A model generated the notes under the pieces. It made no database searches and had not been told where the DNA came from. It worked only from the letters and a program-made list of their open reading frames with translations. DNA of 64,000 nt from Alphaproteobacteria bacterium (GTDB lineage Bacteria > Pseudomonadota > Alphaproteobacteria > UBA828), in contig CAXXVO010000007.1 in the NCBI GenBank assembly GCA_963422645.2, forward strand, positions 128,001-192,000. Reading direction: 5' to 3'. The position numbers and the translations under genes are program-made. This document shows, one piece after another, positions 31,190 to 41,811 of the stretch (position 1 is its first letter; every line of letters begins with the position of its first letter).

Positions 31190-32730
31190 GGATCGGGGTC
31201 GACGTCGGCGGCGTCAACACCGATGCCGCTTGTGTCCGCGACGGCGAGGTGCTGGCCACGGCGAAGTCGCCCACCACGCCCCACATCACCTGCGGCCTGG
31301 TTTCCGCAATTGGGGGTGCCTTGCGCGGGGCCGGCGCAAAGCCCTGCGATTTCACCGAGGTGATGATCGGGACCACCCAGTTCCTCAATGCGGCCGTCCA
31401 GATGTGCGGACTCCAGCGAGTCGGCATCCTGCGGCTCTGCGGCACGGCAACCCGCTCCCTCCCGCCGTTGATCGACTGGCCGGGCAATCTGCAGGATGCC
31501 GTCGAGGGTCACACGGCGCTGCTCTCGGGCGGAAGCGAGTTCGACGGCAGCGCGATCGCACCGCTCGACGAAGACGAGTTGCGCGGCACCTGCCGCACGC
31601 TCCGCTCGCGCGGGATCAAGACGGTCGCCGTCACCGGCGTGTTCTCGCCGGTCGATCCGACCCAGGAGCTAAGGGCGCGCGAGATCGTCCTCGAGGAGCT
31701 GCCCCACGCGGACGTGACGCTCTCGCACGAGATCGGCCGTCTCGGGCTGCTGGAGCGGGAAAACGCCGCCATACTGAACGCCGGCATCATCGCGATGGCA
31801 CGCCAGGTGGTCGCCCGCTATCGCGAGGGTCTGGCGGACCTGGGCCTGCACTGCCCGCTCTTCGTGTCGCAGAACGACGGCACCCTGATGAGCGCCGCCA
31901 AAGCCGTTAGATTCCCCGTGCTCACCTTCGCCGCCGGGCCGACCAACTCCATACGCGGCGCTGCCTTTCTCTCAGGCCTGCGGGACGCCGTCGTCATGGA
32001 TATCGGCGGCATCACCACCGATGTCGGGGTGCTCGCCGGCGGGTTTCCCAGGGAAGCGTCCGCCGAGACCGAGGTCGGCGGAGTCAGGACGAATCTCCGC
32101 ATGCCGGACATTGTTTCGGTCGGGCTCGGCGGCGGCAGCAGAGTGAGGAACGGCCGGGACGGGATCGCGGTCGGTCCGGACTCGGTGGGTCTCGCGCTGC
32201 TGGAGGAAGCACTGGTGTTCGGCGGCGAGAGCGTCACCGCCACCGATATTGCAGTCGCCATAGGCCGCGTCGACATAGGTCGGAAGGAGAGAACCGGCAC
32301 GCTTGAGCGGAAGTTCGTGTCAGGCGCGGCGGCGGCAATTCGATCGATACTCGAGGACGCGATCGACCGGATTGCGGTGTCCAGCACGGCGCTGCCCTTG
32401 GTGCTGGTCGGCGGCGGCGCGATCCTCGCCGGGGACGCGCTCCGTGGCGTCTCCGGCATCGTCAAGCCTCCCCATGCAAGCTCGGCCAACGCCGTCGGCG
32501 CGGCGATCGCCCAGGTTTCGGGCGAAATCGACCGGGTGGTATCGCTGGACCACACCAGCAGGTGCGCCGCCCTGGCGGAGGCCAAGGAGCAGGCCATGGA
32601 GAAGGCGGCTGCTCTTGGCGCCGCGCGCGATACCATCACCGTCGCCGACGTGGAAGAGACTCCGCTCACATATCTTCCCGGCCATGCCACACGGATTCGG
32701 GTCAAGGCCGTGGGGGAGCTCGGACGATGA
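31186..32730 (+). CDS. Hydantoinase/oxoprolinase family protein (DUF917-associated type)
   Basis: RIGVDVGGVNTDA, IGTTQFLNA, ERENAAILNA, QNDGTL, GPTNS, DIGGITTDVG, ANAVGAA. Confidence 0.88.
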   Translation: MRIGVDVGGVNTDAACVRDGEVLATAKSPTTPHITCGLVSAIGGALRGAGAKPCDFTEVMIGTTQFLNAAVQMCGLQRVGILRLCGTATRSLPPLIDWPGNLQDAVEGHTALLSGGSEFDGSAIAPLDEDELRGTCRTLRSRGIKTVAVTGVFSPVDPTQELRAREIVLEELPHADVTLSHEIGRLGLLERENAAILNAGIIAMARQVVARYREGLADLGLHCPLFVSQNDGTLMSAAKAVRFPVLTFAAGPTNSIRGAAFLSGLRDAVVMDIGGITTDVGVLAGGFPREASAETEVGGVRTNLRMPDIVSVGLGGGSRVRNGRDGIAVGPDSVGLALLEEALVFGGESVTATDIAVAIGRVDIGRKERTGTLERKFVSGAAAAIRSILEDAIDRIAVSSTALPLVLVGGGAILAGDALRGVSGIVKPPHASSANAVGAAIAQVSGEIDRVVSLDHTSRCAALAEAKEQAMEKAAALGAARDTITVADVEETPLTYLPGHATRIRVKAVGELGR

Positions 32731-33314
32731 CGGCCTGGTGCCTCTCCGAAGCCGACGTTGCGGCCATCGCGCTGGGAGCGGGCGTGCTGGGAACGGGCGG
32801 CGGCGGCAACGTGCGCCACGGCTTTCTGCGGGTGCGCGACCAGCTCCGCCAGGGCCGGCGCGTCGAGATCATCGCGGCGGACCGGCTCGGCGCGCGCGAT
32901 GCCGTGGTCTTGATCAGCGGCATCGGCGCACCGACGGTGAGCTACGAGAAGCCGGACGCGGGCGACGAGTGCTACCGGGCCTTGCGCGCGGTCGAGGAAC
33001 GCTGCGGCGTGAAGGCGCACGCGCTGATGGCCGCCGAAATCGGCGGCGCCAACGCGATGGAGCCGATGATCGCAGCCGCCATGACCGGCCTGCCGGTGGT
33101 CGACTGCGACGCGATGGGCCGCGCGTTCCCGGAAATGCACATGACGACGCTGGCCATCCACGGCGTCAGCGAGCTTCCCGCAGCCCTCGCCGACGACAAG
33201 GGCAATCTGCTGATGTTCGAAGCCGTGGCCTCGGAGCGCTGGTTCGAGAAGCTGGTGCGGACGGCGACGATTGCCATGGGGTGCACCGCCGTCATGGCCA
33301 GCGCCCCGATCTGA
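32727..33314 (+). pseudogene. DUF917 family protein, 3'-truncated
   Basis: LGTGGGG, GAPTV.YEK, EIGGAN, DCDAMGRAFPE; only about 195 aa, then runs directly into a permease fragment. Confidence 0.75.
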
Positions 33315-33550
33315 GCCCCACGCTCACGATCCTCGGCCTGACCTTCGCGTTCTCGCTGACCGGCGCGGTCCTGGTGGAGGTGGTCTTCGCCTGGCCCGGC
33401 CTCGGGCGCTACGTCACCGACGCCATACTCTCCGTGGATTTTCCCGTCATCATGGCGGTCACGCTGATCGGCACCTTGTTCTACGTCCTGGTGAATCTGG
33501 CCGTCGATCTGGTGCAGGCGGCGATCGATCCCCGCATCGAGCTGACATGA
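33311..33550 (+). pseudogene. C-terminal fragment of a DppB/OppB-type ABC permease
   Basis: LTGAVLVEVVFAWPGLG...DFPVI...NLAVDLVQAAIDPRI; no N-terminal part. Confidence 0.85.
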
Positions 33551-34425
33551 CGGATTGGACCTGGACGCGCGAGAGGGCCGGGGCCGGCGTGCAGGCGCTG
33601 CTTGCTTTCGTCTGGCGGGAGCCTGCGGGCGCGCTCAGCTTGCTTGCGATCGTCCTGATCGTCCTCGCGGCGGTCTTCGCGCCCTATCTCACCGATTATG
33701 TGGCCGAGGGCCGGGGCACACCCAACCTCGCCCACAAGCTGCAGCAGCCGTCTGCCGCGCACATTCTCGGCACCGATCACCAGGGGCGCGACCTCTGGGC
33801 CCGCATCCTTTTCGGCGGGCGGGTATCCCTCTCGGTCGCCTTCGTGGTCGTCGGCATCGCCGTCGGGATCGGCACGCCGCTCGGTATCGTGGCGGGTTAC
33901 TACGGCGGCTGGGTGGACGAGGTGGTGATGCGCGTCACCGACGTGTTCCTCGCCTTTCCGCCGCTGCTGCTGGCAATCTACTTCGGCGCGCTGCTTGGCC
34001 CCGGGTTCTTCAACATGGTGGTCGCGATCTCGTTGGGCTGGTGGCCCTGGTATGCCCGCATCGCGCGCGGGCAGGTGGTTTCGCTCAAGCAGCGCCCCTT
34101 TGTCGAGGCTGCCCGGTTCATGGGTGTTGCGGACGTCACGGTGATGCGCCGCCACCTGCTCCCCTTCGTGGTCGCACCGCTTTCCGTGCAGGCTACCCTC
34201 GACGTGGGCCTCGCCATCATCACCGCGTCGGCGCTCTCCTTCCTCGGCCTCGGCATACCGCCGCCGACGCCGGACTGGGGCGAGATGGTGAACGCCGGGC
34301 GCGTCTATTTTCCCGACCGCTGGTGGTACGTCGTGTTCCCGGGACTCGCCATCGTCGCGGTCGCGGTCGCGTTCAGCGTCCTCGGCGACAGTCTTCGCCG
34401 GCTCACCAGGACCACGAGCGTGTGA
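33547..34425 (+). CDS. DppC/OppC-type ABC permease
   Basis: HILGTDHQGRD, EAA loop FVEAARFMG, LSFLGLG...DWG. Confidence 0.9.
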   Translation: MTDWTWTRERAGAGVQALLAFVWREPAGALSLLAIVLIVLAAVFAPYLTDYVAEGRGTPNLAHKLQQPSAAHILGTDHQGRDLWARILFGGRVSLSVAFVVVGIAVGIGTPLGIVAGYYGGWVDEVVMRVTDVFLAFPPLLLAIYFGALLGPGFFNMVVAISLGWWPWYARIARGQVVSLKQRPFVEAARFMGVADVTVMRRHLLPFVVAPLSVQATLDVGLAIITASALSFLGLGIPPPTPDWGEMVNAGRVYFPDRWWYVVFPGLAIVAVAVAFSVLGDSLRRLTRTTSV

Positions 34426-35273
34426 TGGCCTACGTCTGCGTCGATAACCTGCATGTCCGCATCGGGACAGGGAGCGGCTCCATCCATGCGGTGCGGGGCG
34501 TGACCCTGAAGATCGACAGGGGCGAGATCCACGGGCTCGCCGGGGAAAGCGGCTCCGGCAAGACGATGACCTGCCTGACGCTGCTCGGCCTGGCGCCGCG
34601 CACGGCCGAGGTCGCCGCCGACCGGCTGGAATTCGACGGCGTCGACCTGCTTCGCGCCGACTGGCGGACCATACGGGGCGCCCGGATCACCATGATCCCC
34701 CAGGACCCGGCCGCCGCCCTCAATCCGGTCTACAGAATTCGCTACCAGATGGAGCGCGTACTCTGCGCGCACACGAGGCTGCGCCGGCGGGAGAGGTCCG
34801 CGCGCGCAATCCGCTTGCTGGAGGACGTCGGCCTGCCCGATCCTGAGCGGGTGATGGCGCTCTATCCTCACCAGATGTCCGGCGGCATGCAGCAGAGGGC
34901 GCTGATCGCGATGGCGCTCGCCGCCGGCGCCGATCTCCTGATCGCGGACGAGGCGACGACCGCGCTCGACGTGACCGTCCAGGCCCAGCTCCTGAACCTG
35001 CTGTCGGCGCTGCGCGCGCGCCACGGGCTGACCATCATCTTCGTCACGCACGACCTGGCGCTCCTCTCCAACTTCTGCGACCGGGCGAGCGTCATGCAGC
35101 ACGGGCGCATCGTCGAAGGCGGCACCGCCGACGCACTGTTCAGGACGCCCGGTCATCCCTATACCCAGGCGCTCCTCGCCGCGGCTCCGGGGCAGTACAG
35201 CCGGGGCATGCGAATCCCGACAGGCCTGGAGGCCGCTGAGCCCCGCCCCATCGGTGGAAGCGATGCGCCTTGA
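34425..35273 (+). CDS. DppD/OppD-type ABC ATPase
   Basis: GESGSGKT, YPHQMSGGMQQR, ADEATTALDV, HPYT. Confidence 0.9.
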   Translation: MAYVCVDNLHVRIGTGSGSIHAVRGVTLKIDRGEIHGLAGESGSGKTMTCLTLLGLAPRTAEVAADRLEFDGVDLLRADWRTIRGARITMIPQDPAAALNPVYRIRYQMERVLCAHTRLRRRERSARAIRLLEDVGLPDPERVMALYPHQMSGGMQQRALIAMALAAGADLLIADEATTALDVTVQAQLLNLLSALRARHGLTIIFVTHDLALLSNFCDRASVMQHGRIVEGGTADALFRTPGHPYTQALLAAAPGQYSRGMRIPTGLEAAEPRPIGGSDAP

Positions 35274-36072
35274 TATCGAAAGCCTGAACAAGTCCTTCGA
35301 CCTGCCGGGTGGCTTCCTGTGGAGACGGCGCATCGCCGTGCTGCGCGACGTGTCCGTGAATATCGCCAGCGGCGAGGTCCTCGGCCTGGTGGGTGAATCA
35401 GGCAGCGGCAAGACGACACTGGCGCGCTGCATCATGGGGCTCGTCCGGCCCGATAGCGGGGCCGTGCGGCTCGACGGCGCTGAGGCTGCGGGTCTCGGCA
35501 GGCGGGCGCTGCGGCAGTGGCGCCGCGACATGGCCGTGGTCTACCAGAATCCCTTCCTCTCGCTGAATCCGACCATGACCGTCCAGGCCATCGTCGCCGA
35601 GCCCATGCTGGCCAGGGAGCGCATCGCCCGAGCCGCCCTGGGCAACAGGATTTCGGGGCTCCTGGGGGACGTTGGCTTGGGCGACTCCTTACCTGCGGCG
35701 CCGGGTCGGCGCGCTCTCCGGCGGGCAGGCGCAACGGGTGGCGATCGCACGCGCAATCGCCACGCGGCCCCGCTGATCATCCTGGACGAGCCGTCCTCTT
35801 CGCTTGACGTCTCGGTGCAGGCCCAGATCCTGAACCTTCTGGTCGACCTGCAGGCGCGCGACGGCTTCTCGTGCCTCTTCATTACCCACGATCTCGACGT
35901 CGTCCGCTTCGCGACCGATAGAGTGGCGGTGATGGAGAAGGGCGCCATCGTCGAGGTCGGTGATACCGAGCGGGTACTGGACGCGCCTCGGCACGCGTAC
36001 ACCGCGAGGCTCATCGCCGCGACCCCGCGCCTGCCGGCCGGGGCTGGCGTGCGCGGACTGCTCGCGCACTGA
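35263..36072 (+). CDS. DppF/OppF-type ABC ATPase (signature motif locally out of frame)
   Basis: GESGSGKT and LDEPSSSLDVSVQ in frame; LSGGQAQRVAIARA lies in another frame between compensating indels at about 35689 and 35770. Confidence 0.8.
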   Translation: MRLDIESLNKSFDLPGGFLWRRRIAVLRDVSVNIASGEVLGLVGESGSGKTTLARCIMGLVRPDSGAVRLDGAEAAGLGRRALRQWRRDMAVVYQNPFLSLNPTMTVQAIVAEPMLARERIARAALGNRISGLLGDVGLGDSLPAAPGRRALRRAGATGGDRTRNRHAAPLIILDEPSSSLDVSVQAQILNLLVDLQARDGFSCLFITHDLDVVRFATDRVAVMEKGAIVEVGDTERVLDAPRHAYTARLIAATPRLPAGAGVRGLLAH

Positions 36073-36236
36073 ATGGCCCCGCTGTCCGCACCTGCCGAGA
36101 ATCCCTTACACCACCCTACGCACCTGCGGTACTAACTATCTGACAAAGGGTCGATTTTTCTCCTGACAATTGTTGCAGCGGAACGGATGGCGCAACTCCC
36201 GCTTCCCCGGCTGCAACCGCAAACGGGAGAAAGTTC

Positions 36237-37359
36237 ATGCCCAAGGTCATCCTGACCGACGCCCGCGTCAAGGCGCTTCGGCCACGCAGAACCGCCTTCG
36301 ACATCCGCGACGGCAAACTCGGAGGCTTCGGTGTCCGGGTGCTGCCCTCGGGGCGCAAACGCTTCTTCGTCCATTCCCAGCATCAAGGAGAACGCATCTG
36401 GAAGATCGTCGGCGACGCAGCCGCTATGAGCGTAGACGAAGCGCGGTCGAGTGCCGTGCAAACTATCGCCGCGATCCGGCGGGGAGAGGACCCACCCCGC
36501 GACCCCGCCGACACCCTCTTCGAGGCCGTCGCCGAGACCGTGTTCGAGCGCTACCGGAGGCTCTGGAAGCCGGGAACGCTCGATATCAACCGGTGCTACC
36601 TGAAGAACCAGATCCTGCCCCGCTTCCAGGGACGGCAAGTCGGCGACATCGACCGTCGGGACGTCCGGGACTGGTTCGCATCGCTGCGCGACCCCGGTCG
36701 CCGCCGACCGCTCAATGCCGGTGCTCTCCGTCATCATGAGGGAGGCGGAAGCCATGGGCCTTCGGCCGCAGGGCTCCAACCCCTGCCTTGGCATCCGGCG
36801 CTATCGCCGCAAGGGGCGCGCGCGCTTCCTGTCCGACGAAGAGTTACGCCACCTGGCGGCGAGACTGTCGGCACATGCGGAAACTGCCCCTCGGCAGGTC
36901 GCAGTGGTCCGCCTCCTCCTGCTCACGGGGTGCCGCAAGAGCGAGATCCTGACGCTGCGCTGGTCCGACTACCGCGAGGGGCATCTCTTCCTCCGCGACA
37001 GCAAGACTGGGCCCCGCACCGTCTGGCTGTCGCAGCCCGCCCGACACGTTCTCGACGGGCTGGACCGGACCGGGCAGTGGGTATTCCCGGCGGCGCGCGG
37101 CAAAGGGCCGAGAAACAAGGGCTGGCTCGAAGGGTTCTGGGACACGGTTCGTGCCGAAGCCGGGTTGCGCGGCGTTCGCCTTCACGACCTCCGTCACACC
37201 CATGCCAGCATCGCCCTGCGGCAAGGTGAGACCGTCCTCACCATCGCCAGGCTGCTCGGTCACCGCAACCCGGAAACCACGCTCAAGTACACGCACCTCG
37301 CCGACAAGACGGTGATGGACGCCGCCGAGACCGTCGGCGCTGCGCTGGAGGCCCGAATC
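36237..37359 (+). pseudogene. Tyrosine integrase 1 (Arm-binding N-domain), frameshifted near 36690
   Basis: N-terminal LTDARVKAL..RDGKLGGFGVRV; catalytic TGCR, DSKTG, HDLRHT, LLGH, LKY; no stop before integrase 2. Confidence 0.8.
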
Positions 37360-38499
37360 ATGGCCGGCAGGGAACGCATGCGGCTCGCCGACCGTGCCAT
37401 CGCCCGTCTCCGCCCTCGCGAGCAGGAATTTACGGTCTGGGATAATCAATTTGTCGGCCTCGGGGTTCGGGTCCGGCCCACCGGCGGGCGGAGCTATGTC
37501 CTGTTGGAGAACACCGGCGGGCGGTCGAGGCGGATCTCGCTCGGTCCGGTGTCGCTGAAGACCGTCGCGGAGGTCCGCCGGGAATGCCATACGCGCAAGG
37601 CCGAACCGGAAGCGACCGGAGCACCCAGGCGTGCGGCTCCGCTCTTCCGGGACTTCGTCGAGGGTGCGTGGAAGGAGGCTCATCTCGACGGCTACAAGCC
37701 GTCCACCAGGAAGGGCGTGCGATCCGTGCTCGACCGCCAACTCCTGCCGGCCTTCGGCTCGAAGCCGCTCGACCGCATCTCGCCAACGCACATCGGGCGA
37801 TGGTTCGATCGGTTCAGCCGGAGCGCCCCCGGCAACGCCAATCACGCACTCGATCTTCTCACGCAGATCATCAATTTCGCCATCGCCCGCGGCCACCTCG
37901 AAACCAACCCGGCGTGGGCCGTGGAAAGGAACCCGAGGCGGATGCTCACACGCTTCTTGTCCCGGGAGGAGATATCCCGGCTCCATCACGTCCTGGACAG
38001 GCAGACCCGCAACAGCAGGCGAGAGCAGGCCGATATCATCCGGCTCCTGCTTCTGACCGGATGCCGCAGGAGCGAGATCCTCCGCCTGCGTTGGTTGGAA
38101 GTCGATCGCGACAGGATGGTCCTTGCCGACGGCAAGACCGGGCCAAGGATCGTTCCCCTCAATACCCAGGCCCGGCACATTCTCCAACGCCGACCGAACG
38201 GCGGAAGCCCCTTCGTCTTTCCTTCGCCGAGAGATCCCGACCGGCCCCGCAACCGCAACCTTCCCTTCTGGTATTGCGCCCGGCGCGAGGCGGGCATCGA
38301 GGACGTTCGCCTTCACGATCTGCGCCATACCCATGCCAGTCACGCGGTGATGAACGGCGTGCCAGTGCCGCTGGTCGCGCGGCTGCTCGGCCATTCCGAC
38401 GTGCGCACGACGCTGCGCTACGCCCATCTCGGGGACCGGGAAATCGAGCAAGCGGCCGAGAGGGTCGGGCAGGCCATCGCAGCCCTCTTGCGCACCTAG
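37360..38499 (+). CDS. Tyrosine integrase 2 (Arm-binding N-domain)
   Basis: VWDNQFVGLGVRV; TGCR, DGKTG, HDLRHT, LLGH, LRY. Confidence 0.88.
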   Translation: MAGRERMRLADRAIARLRPREQEFTVWDNQFVGLGVRVRPTGGRSYVLLENTGGRSRRISLGPVSLKTVAEVRRECHTRKAEPEATGAPRRAAPLFRDFVEGAWKEAHLDGYKPSTRKGVRSVLDRQLLPAFGSKPLDRISPTHIGRWFDRFSRSAPGNANHALDLLTQIINFAIARGHLETNPAWAVERNPRRMLTRFLSREEISRLHHVLDRQTRNSRREQADIIRLLLLTGCRRSEILRLRWLEVDRDRMVLADGKTGPRIVPLNTQARHILQRRPNGGSPFVFPSPRDPDRPRNRNLPFWYCARREAGIEDVRLHDLRHTHASHAVMNGVPVPLVARLLGHSDVRTTLRYAHLGDREIEQAAERVGQAIAALLRT

Positions 38500-38799
38500 A
38501 ATGTGCGCTCGCCGATGCGTGGGGTGTGTTAAGTCAAAGCGGCTCCGCCGTAGAGCCGGACTTGGGGGCGGTGCAGAAACGGTCAGGCCCCAGCCTTTGG
38601 TGAGCGCCGCTTTCAGCGGTCGCGACGCATGGGCGGTCATCTCCGATCCCTTCGGAACCTCGATCCGTGACGCCGTTACCGGGCGTGTCCTGGGCGGTAC
38701 CGAAGCAGTTGCCACTCACTAGAAGTCTGTCGGACTTTGGGGTCGGAATCCGATTATGTCCCCCGGCACGGTCCGATAACCGTGCCTGGAACGTAGAAG

Positions 38800-39679
38800 G
38801 CCGATCAACATCTGGTGTGATCGGAAGCAAAGGGAGAAGCCTTTTGATCGAAACCCACGCCGAAGCCGACGGTTTGAGACTTATCGCGGACGCCCAAGCC
38901 GATGCGCGAAGAGCTCTCATGGCGTCCGCCGACGGAGCCGGAGGCACGTTGGAGATCACCCAGGCGCAGATCAGCCAGCGATTGCAGTTCCAAGAACAGA
39001 AGAGGCACCGGAACATCGCCTCGGCCGTGCGGGAAGCCGCCGCCGAATTGGATGGCGAGACTGTAAGCGACCACGAACCGGATCACGACTGGACAGCGCG
39101 GTTCTTCGAGTACGTCCAGGCCATTTCCTCTGAAGACGTGCGCTCAATCTGGGCCAGGATCCTTGCCGGTGAGGTTCGCGCCCCAGGCGGTGTTTCCATG
39201 CAAACGCTCTCGATCCTCAGGAATCTCTCAAGCAAGCAATCCTCCTTACGGAGGCGATGCGCTATCGCCTTCAGGACTTCATCATCGAGGGCGCATGTCT
39301 TCGATCATCTGACGTCCTGACGGACTACGACTTGACCTTCGAATTCGAGGACCTCGGTCTCTTTCGTTCGCCCATAAACGCCCATCCGATCAGATCCCTT
39401 TCGCTCGGAAACGACGGAACCCGTACCTATATCAACGCCGACCACATCCTTTTCCCTCAAGGTGTCAAGGGCCGCAATCTTGGTATTGAAGGAGTCGTAG
39501 TCCTGAAGCCGCCCGCCATGGAGCTCGCAAATTTCTGTAATCCCAAGTTCCTTGCTGAGCTGGCCAGGCGTCTCTCGGGCAAAGACTGCGTTCTCAGGGC
39601 GGCCCCGATTGAATCGCAATCGACTGATGGTCAGGTAACCTACTTCGAGAACAAAACTCAGGTTGTCGAACCGGCCTAG
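38800..39679 (+). pseudogene. DUF2806-like protein, frameshifted and probably 5'-truncated (start approximate)
   Basis: EQKRHRNI...PDHDWTARFF...SSEDVRSIWARILAGEV..PG..SMQTLSILRNL; continuation in another frame from about 39240. Confidence 0.6.
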
Positions 39680-39685
39680 CCGCTT

Positions 39686-40038
39686 TGTTAACGGCGGAGG
39701 AATAATGCTTCACGCGAAGCGGCCGGGCGGTCCGGTCGCGGCGGCGCAAAATTGCGCCACGTATGGCCCCTTGTCTATTTGGCACGGGGTGGGGGATGTA
39801 CGGCGTGGAGCTCTATGCGGCGGTTCGGCTGGCGGTTGTCGAGGAGGGTCTGAGCCATCACGAAGCCGGGCGGCGGTTCGGGATCGACCGCCGCACGGTG
39901 AAGAAGATGCTGAGCTATTCGTCGCCGCCGGGGTATCGGCGGTCGAGACCGGTTCGGCGGCCCAAGCTGGAAGGGTTCACCGGCATCATCGACGCGATCC
40001 TGGAGGCGGACGCCGATCCGGACGTGCCGCGCAAGCAG
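39686..40038 (+). mobile_element. IS21-family left-end remnant with istA 5' fragment
   Basis: TGTTAACGGCGG...GGCGGCGCAAAATTGCGCCAC end; ORF from 39796 MYGVELYAAVR..GIDRRTVKKML..PPGYRR..PKL..PRKQ, then similarity is lost. Confidence 0.75.
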
Positions 40039-40287
40039 CCCTGCGCCAGTTCCGCGACATCGCTTCCGGAGAGCACGTCGGGTAAGAACCGAACGCCGGT
40101 GTGCAGATCTCTCTCGTGCGTTTGCCATCTCCCGTTTCCGACGTATCGCCGGCTCCATCGGACGGGAGACCAGCCACGACTGTTCCGGACCCGCCCTGGG
40201 TCGTTGCCGGCATCGCCGCCTCGAGGCAGAGAGCCGCGGCGAGCGGGCGTTGGGCGCCGGTCACGATGCGATTGGGGAGACACGCCG

Positions 40288-41193
40288 ATGTATGCCGGCA
40301 GGCTCGTCTACATTCCCGCCCTGGCGGCGCTCGGGGCGGTCTACGGCGCCCTCTTCCCGGTCAACAAGATGAGCGCGGAAGCCGGGCTTCCCTATATCGG
40401 CTATGTCTTCTGGTTCTCACTGATCGCCACGATCGGGCTCGCGATCCCGGCCGCGCTGAGGGGCGAGCTGCCGAGGCTCACTATTCCCCACATACGGGTC
40501 TATGCCGTCCTGGGCGGACTCGGCGTCGCAATTCCGGTGCCGCTGCTCACCTTCGTGGCGCCGAAGCTTCCAGTCGGCATCATAACGCTGTTAATGATCC
40601 TGGTGCCGCTGCTCACCTATCTGCTGTCCTATCTGGCCCGCATCGAGCGCTTTCGCCTGTCCGGGGTCATCGGGGTGCTGTTCGGCCTCGGGGGCATGCT
40701 GTTGATCCTGATCCCCGAGGTCAGCCTGCCGTCGCGGGACATGGTGGGCTGGGTGCTGCTGGGGCTGGTGGCGCCGGTCTGCTTCGCCGCCACCAACACA
40801 CTGGCGGTCTATCTCCGGCCTCCGGCCTCGCCGGCGCTGACGATGGCGACGGGCATGTCGGCCTGCGCCACGTTGATGCTGGCGCCGGTCATGGTCGGCA
40901 CCGGGCATGCCTACCTCTTTCCCGGGCCCGGCACCGCGGGCATGCTGGTTGTGCTCTACGCTGCGGCGATCACGGCGGTGACAATGGTCGGCTGGTTCGT
41001 GCTGGTGCGCATCATCGGCGCGGTCTACTTCTCGCAGTTCAACTACTTCATCGTTCTGAGCGGCTTCGGCTGGGGCGTTCTGCTATTCGACGAACATCAC
41101 GGCGTCTATGTCTGGGCGGCCACCGGCCTGACCTTCATCGGCCTCGCCGTCTTCACCCGCGGCGCGCACATCGAGGGCCGCGCAGACGCGTAG
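40288..41193 (+). CDS. DMT/EamA-family transporter
   Basis: About 10 hydrophobic helices with an EamA-like pattern; ATG at 40288 with GGGGAG RBS. Confidence 0.8.
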   Translation: MYAGRLVYIPALAALGAVYGALFPVNKMSAEAGLPYIGYVFWFSLIATIGLAIPAALRGELPRLTIPHIRVYAVLGGLGVAIPVPLLTFVAPKLPVGIITLLMILVPLLTYLLSYLARIERFRLSGVIGVLFGLGGMLLILIPEVSLPSRDMVGWVLLGLVAPVCFAATNTLAVYLRPPASPALTMATGMSACATLMLAPVMVGTGHAYLFPGPGTAGMLVVLYAAAITAVTMVGWFVLVRIIGAVYFSQFNYFIVLSGFGWGVLLFDEHHGVYVWAATGLTFIGLAVFTRGAHIEGRADA

Positions 41194-41340
41194 ATCGCAG
41201 GAGATACCGGCCCCGCAGCACCACCGTCTCGCCGGTGGCGTGTTTGCGGTTCACCGATTTTTGCGGAGCCGTTCAGCTTCCGATACGTTGATTCGAAGAC
41301 CGGACGACGAGAGCTTCGACTTTTTTCGCGGAGGCGCCTG

Positions 41341-41745
41341 ATGATCGGTTATGTAACCCTTGGCTCGAACGACATTGCCCGCACCGGTGAGTTCTACGAT
41401 GCGCTGCTCGGCGAGATCGGCGCGACGCGGCAGATAGAAGGAGAGACCTTTGTCGCTTGGTCGGTGACCCCCGGCACTCCGATGCTGTGGGTCATCAAAC
41501 CCTTCGATGGCACGCCGGCGAGTGTCGGCAACGGCGTCATGGTGGCCCTCGCGGTCGACTCGAAGGATCATGTGGAGCGCCTGCACGCGAAGGCGCTCAG
41601 TCTGGGCGCCAGTGACGAAGGCGCCCCGGGGCTGCGCGGCGATACCTTCTACGGCGCCTACTTCCGCGACCCTGATGGGAACAAGCTGGCGGTGTTCGAC
41701 AAAACAGTCATGGTCCCCGCGGTTCTGAGCCACCCCGTGGCATGA
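41341..41745 (+). CDS. VOC/glyoxalase-family protein (C-terminus supplied by IS110)
   Basis: MIGYVTLGSND..FYD..GNGVMVAL..DEGAPGLR..FYGAYFRDPDGNKL. Confidence 0.9.
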   Translation: MIGYVTLGSNDIARTGEFYDALLGEIGATRQIEGETFVAWSVTPGTPMLWVIKPFDGTPASVGNGVMVALAVDSKDHVERLHAKALSLGASDEGAPGLRGDTFYGAYFRDPDGNKLAVFDKTVMVPAVLSHPVA

Positions 41746-41811
41746 AACAGGAGCGGTTCGGCTGACGTTTTCCTTGCGCTTGCACCCATTTGCCGTGTCA
41801 GGATGGGTATT

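Noticed and set aside
38717-38750. Possible IS5-like terminal remnant (CTAGAAGTCTGTCGGACTT)
   Set aside because: Resemblance from memory only; no partner end or transposase in the window
38515-38785. dif/attC-like sites next to the integrases (TTAAGTCAAA, TTATGTC, GGTCCGATAA)
   Set aside because: Half-sites do not form a properly spaced 28-bp dif or an attC hairpin; the integrases lack the integron-specific insertion
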